Made by a program: the position numbers and the translations under genes. A stretch of 63,955 nt of DNA, filler included, from Phoronis australis (lineage: Eukaryota > Animalia > Phoronida), in assembly GCA_002633005.1 (NCBI GenBank). It is 10 parts of 10 records of this genome, joined end to end, with 100 filler letters (N's around TTAATTAATTAA, not from the genome) between each part and the next. Parts side by side here need not be neighbours in the genome. Positions count along the whole stretch, not along the records: positions 62,087 to 63,955 come from NMRA01003909.1; 9 more parts are not named here. One strand, given 5' to 3'. The notes under the pieces are model-generated. The model was not told where the DNA came from and did no database searches. It saw only the letters and a list, made by a program, of their open reading frames with translations. Shown here piece by piece: positions 63,666 to 63,955 of this stretch. How positions within the stretch are numbered: position 1 is the first letter of the stretch; every line of letters starts with the position of its first letter.

Positions 63666-63831
63666 CACTGTCATACTGTAGACCAAGACATTCCAAATGC
63701 TGTTATTGTAAACTTGATAAATATTGCTCTGCAGAGCATACTGACTTCACACTGTCATACTGTAGACCCAGACATTCCAAATGTTGTTATTGTAAACTTG
63801 ATAAATATTGCTCTGCAGAGCATACTAACTT
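63666..63831 (+). repeat. 84-bp direct tandem duplication
   Basis: CACTGTCATACTGTAGACC... at 63666 and 63750, near identical. Confidence 0.93.
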
Positions 63832-63955
63832 CGGCTCCGGTAATAGTGCCCAAGCTTCATGACCTTTAACCTTACTATGCGTTGTTATGATTGGTTAGGG
63901 ACATGGCGCTAAGCGTCACCTAGCGGATCAAGAATGTTACAAATTTCTGGCGTTG

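Overview
This is eukaryotic (invertebrate animal-like, AT-rich) genomic DNA, not prokaryotic, and it is not one locus. Ten unrelated scaffolds are joined by nine artificial 100-nt linkers (N44-TTAATTAATTAA-N44), so adjacency across linkers means nothing. Recognisable spliced gene fragments are: PNO1 (6 exons, first exon not found), ACLY (first 2 coding exons), the last exon of Rab7, an SLC17/sialin-like exon, a C-type lectin (signal exon plus CTLD exon), a fibronectin type III exon, the 3' end of a type I mucin-like membrane protein with a furin site, and possible diacylglycerol kinase delta/eta exons. Most remaining identifiable sequence is transposon-derived: Penelope-like (RT and GIY-YIG relics), Academ-like and Kolobok-like relics, MITEs, tRNA-derived SINE heads, a ~1.18-kb Helentron-type tandem array and minisatellites. 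Most ORFs in the supplied track are spurious. The most unusual object is a ~320-bp element (53809-54130) combining a tRNA-like Pol III head, a hammerhead-ribozyme core and an inverted duplication of its own 3' tail. All family assignments come from motif recognition by eye; no searches were run.
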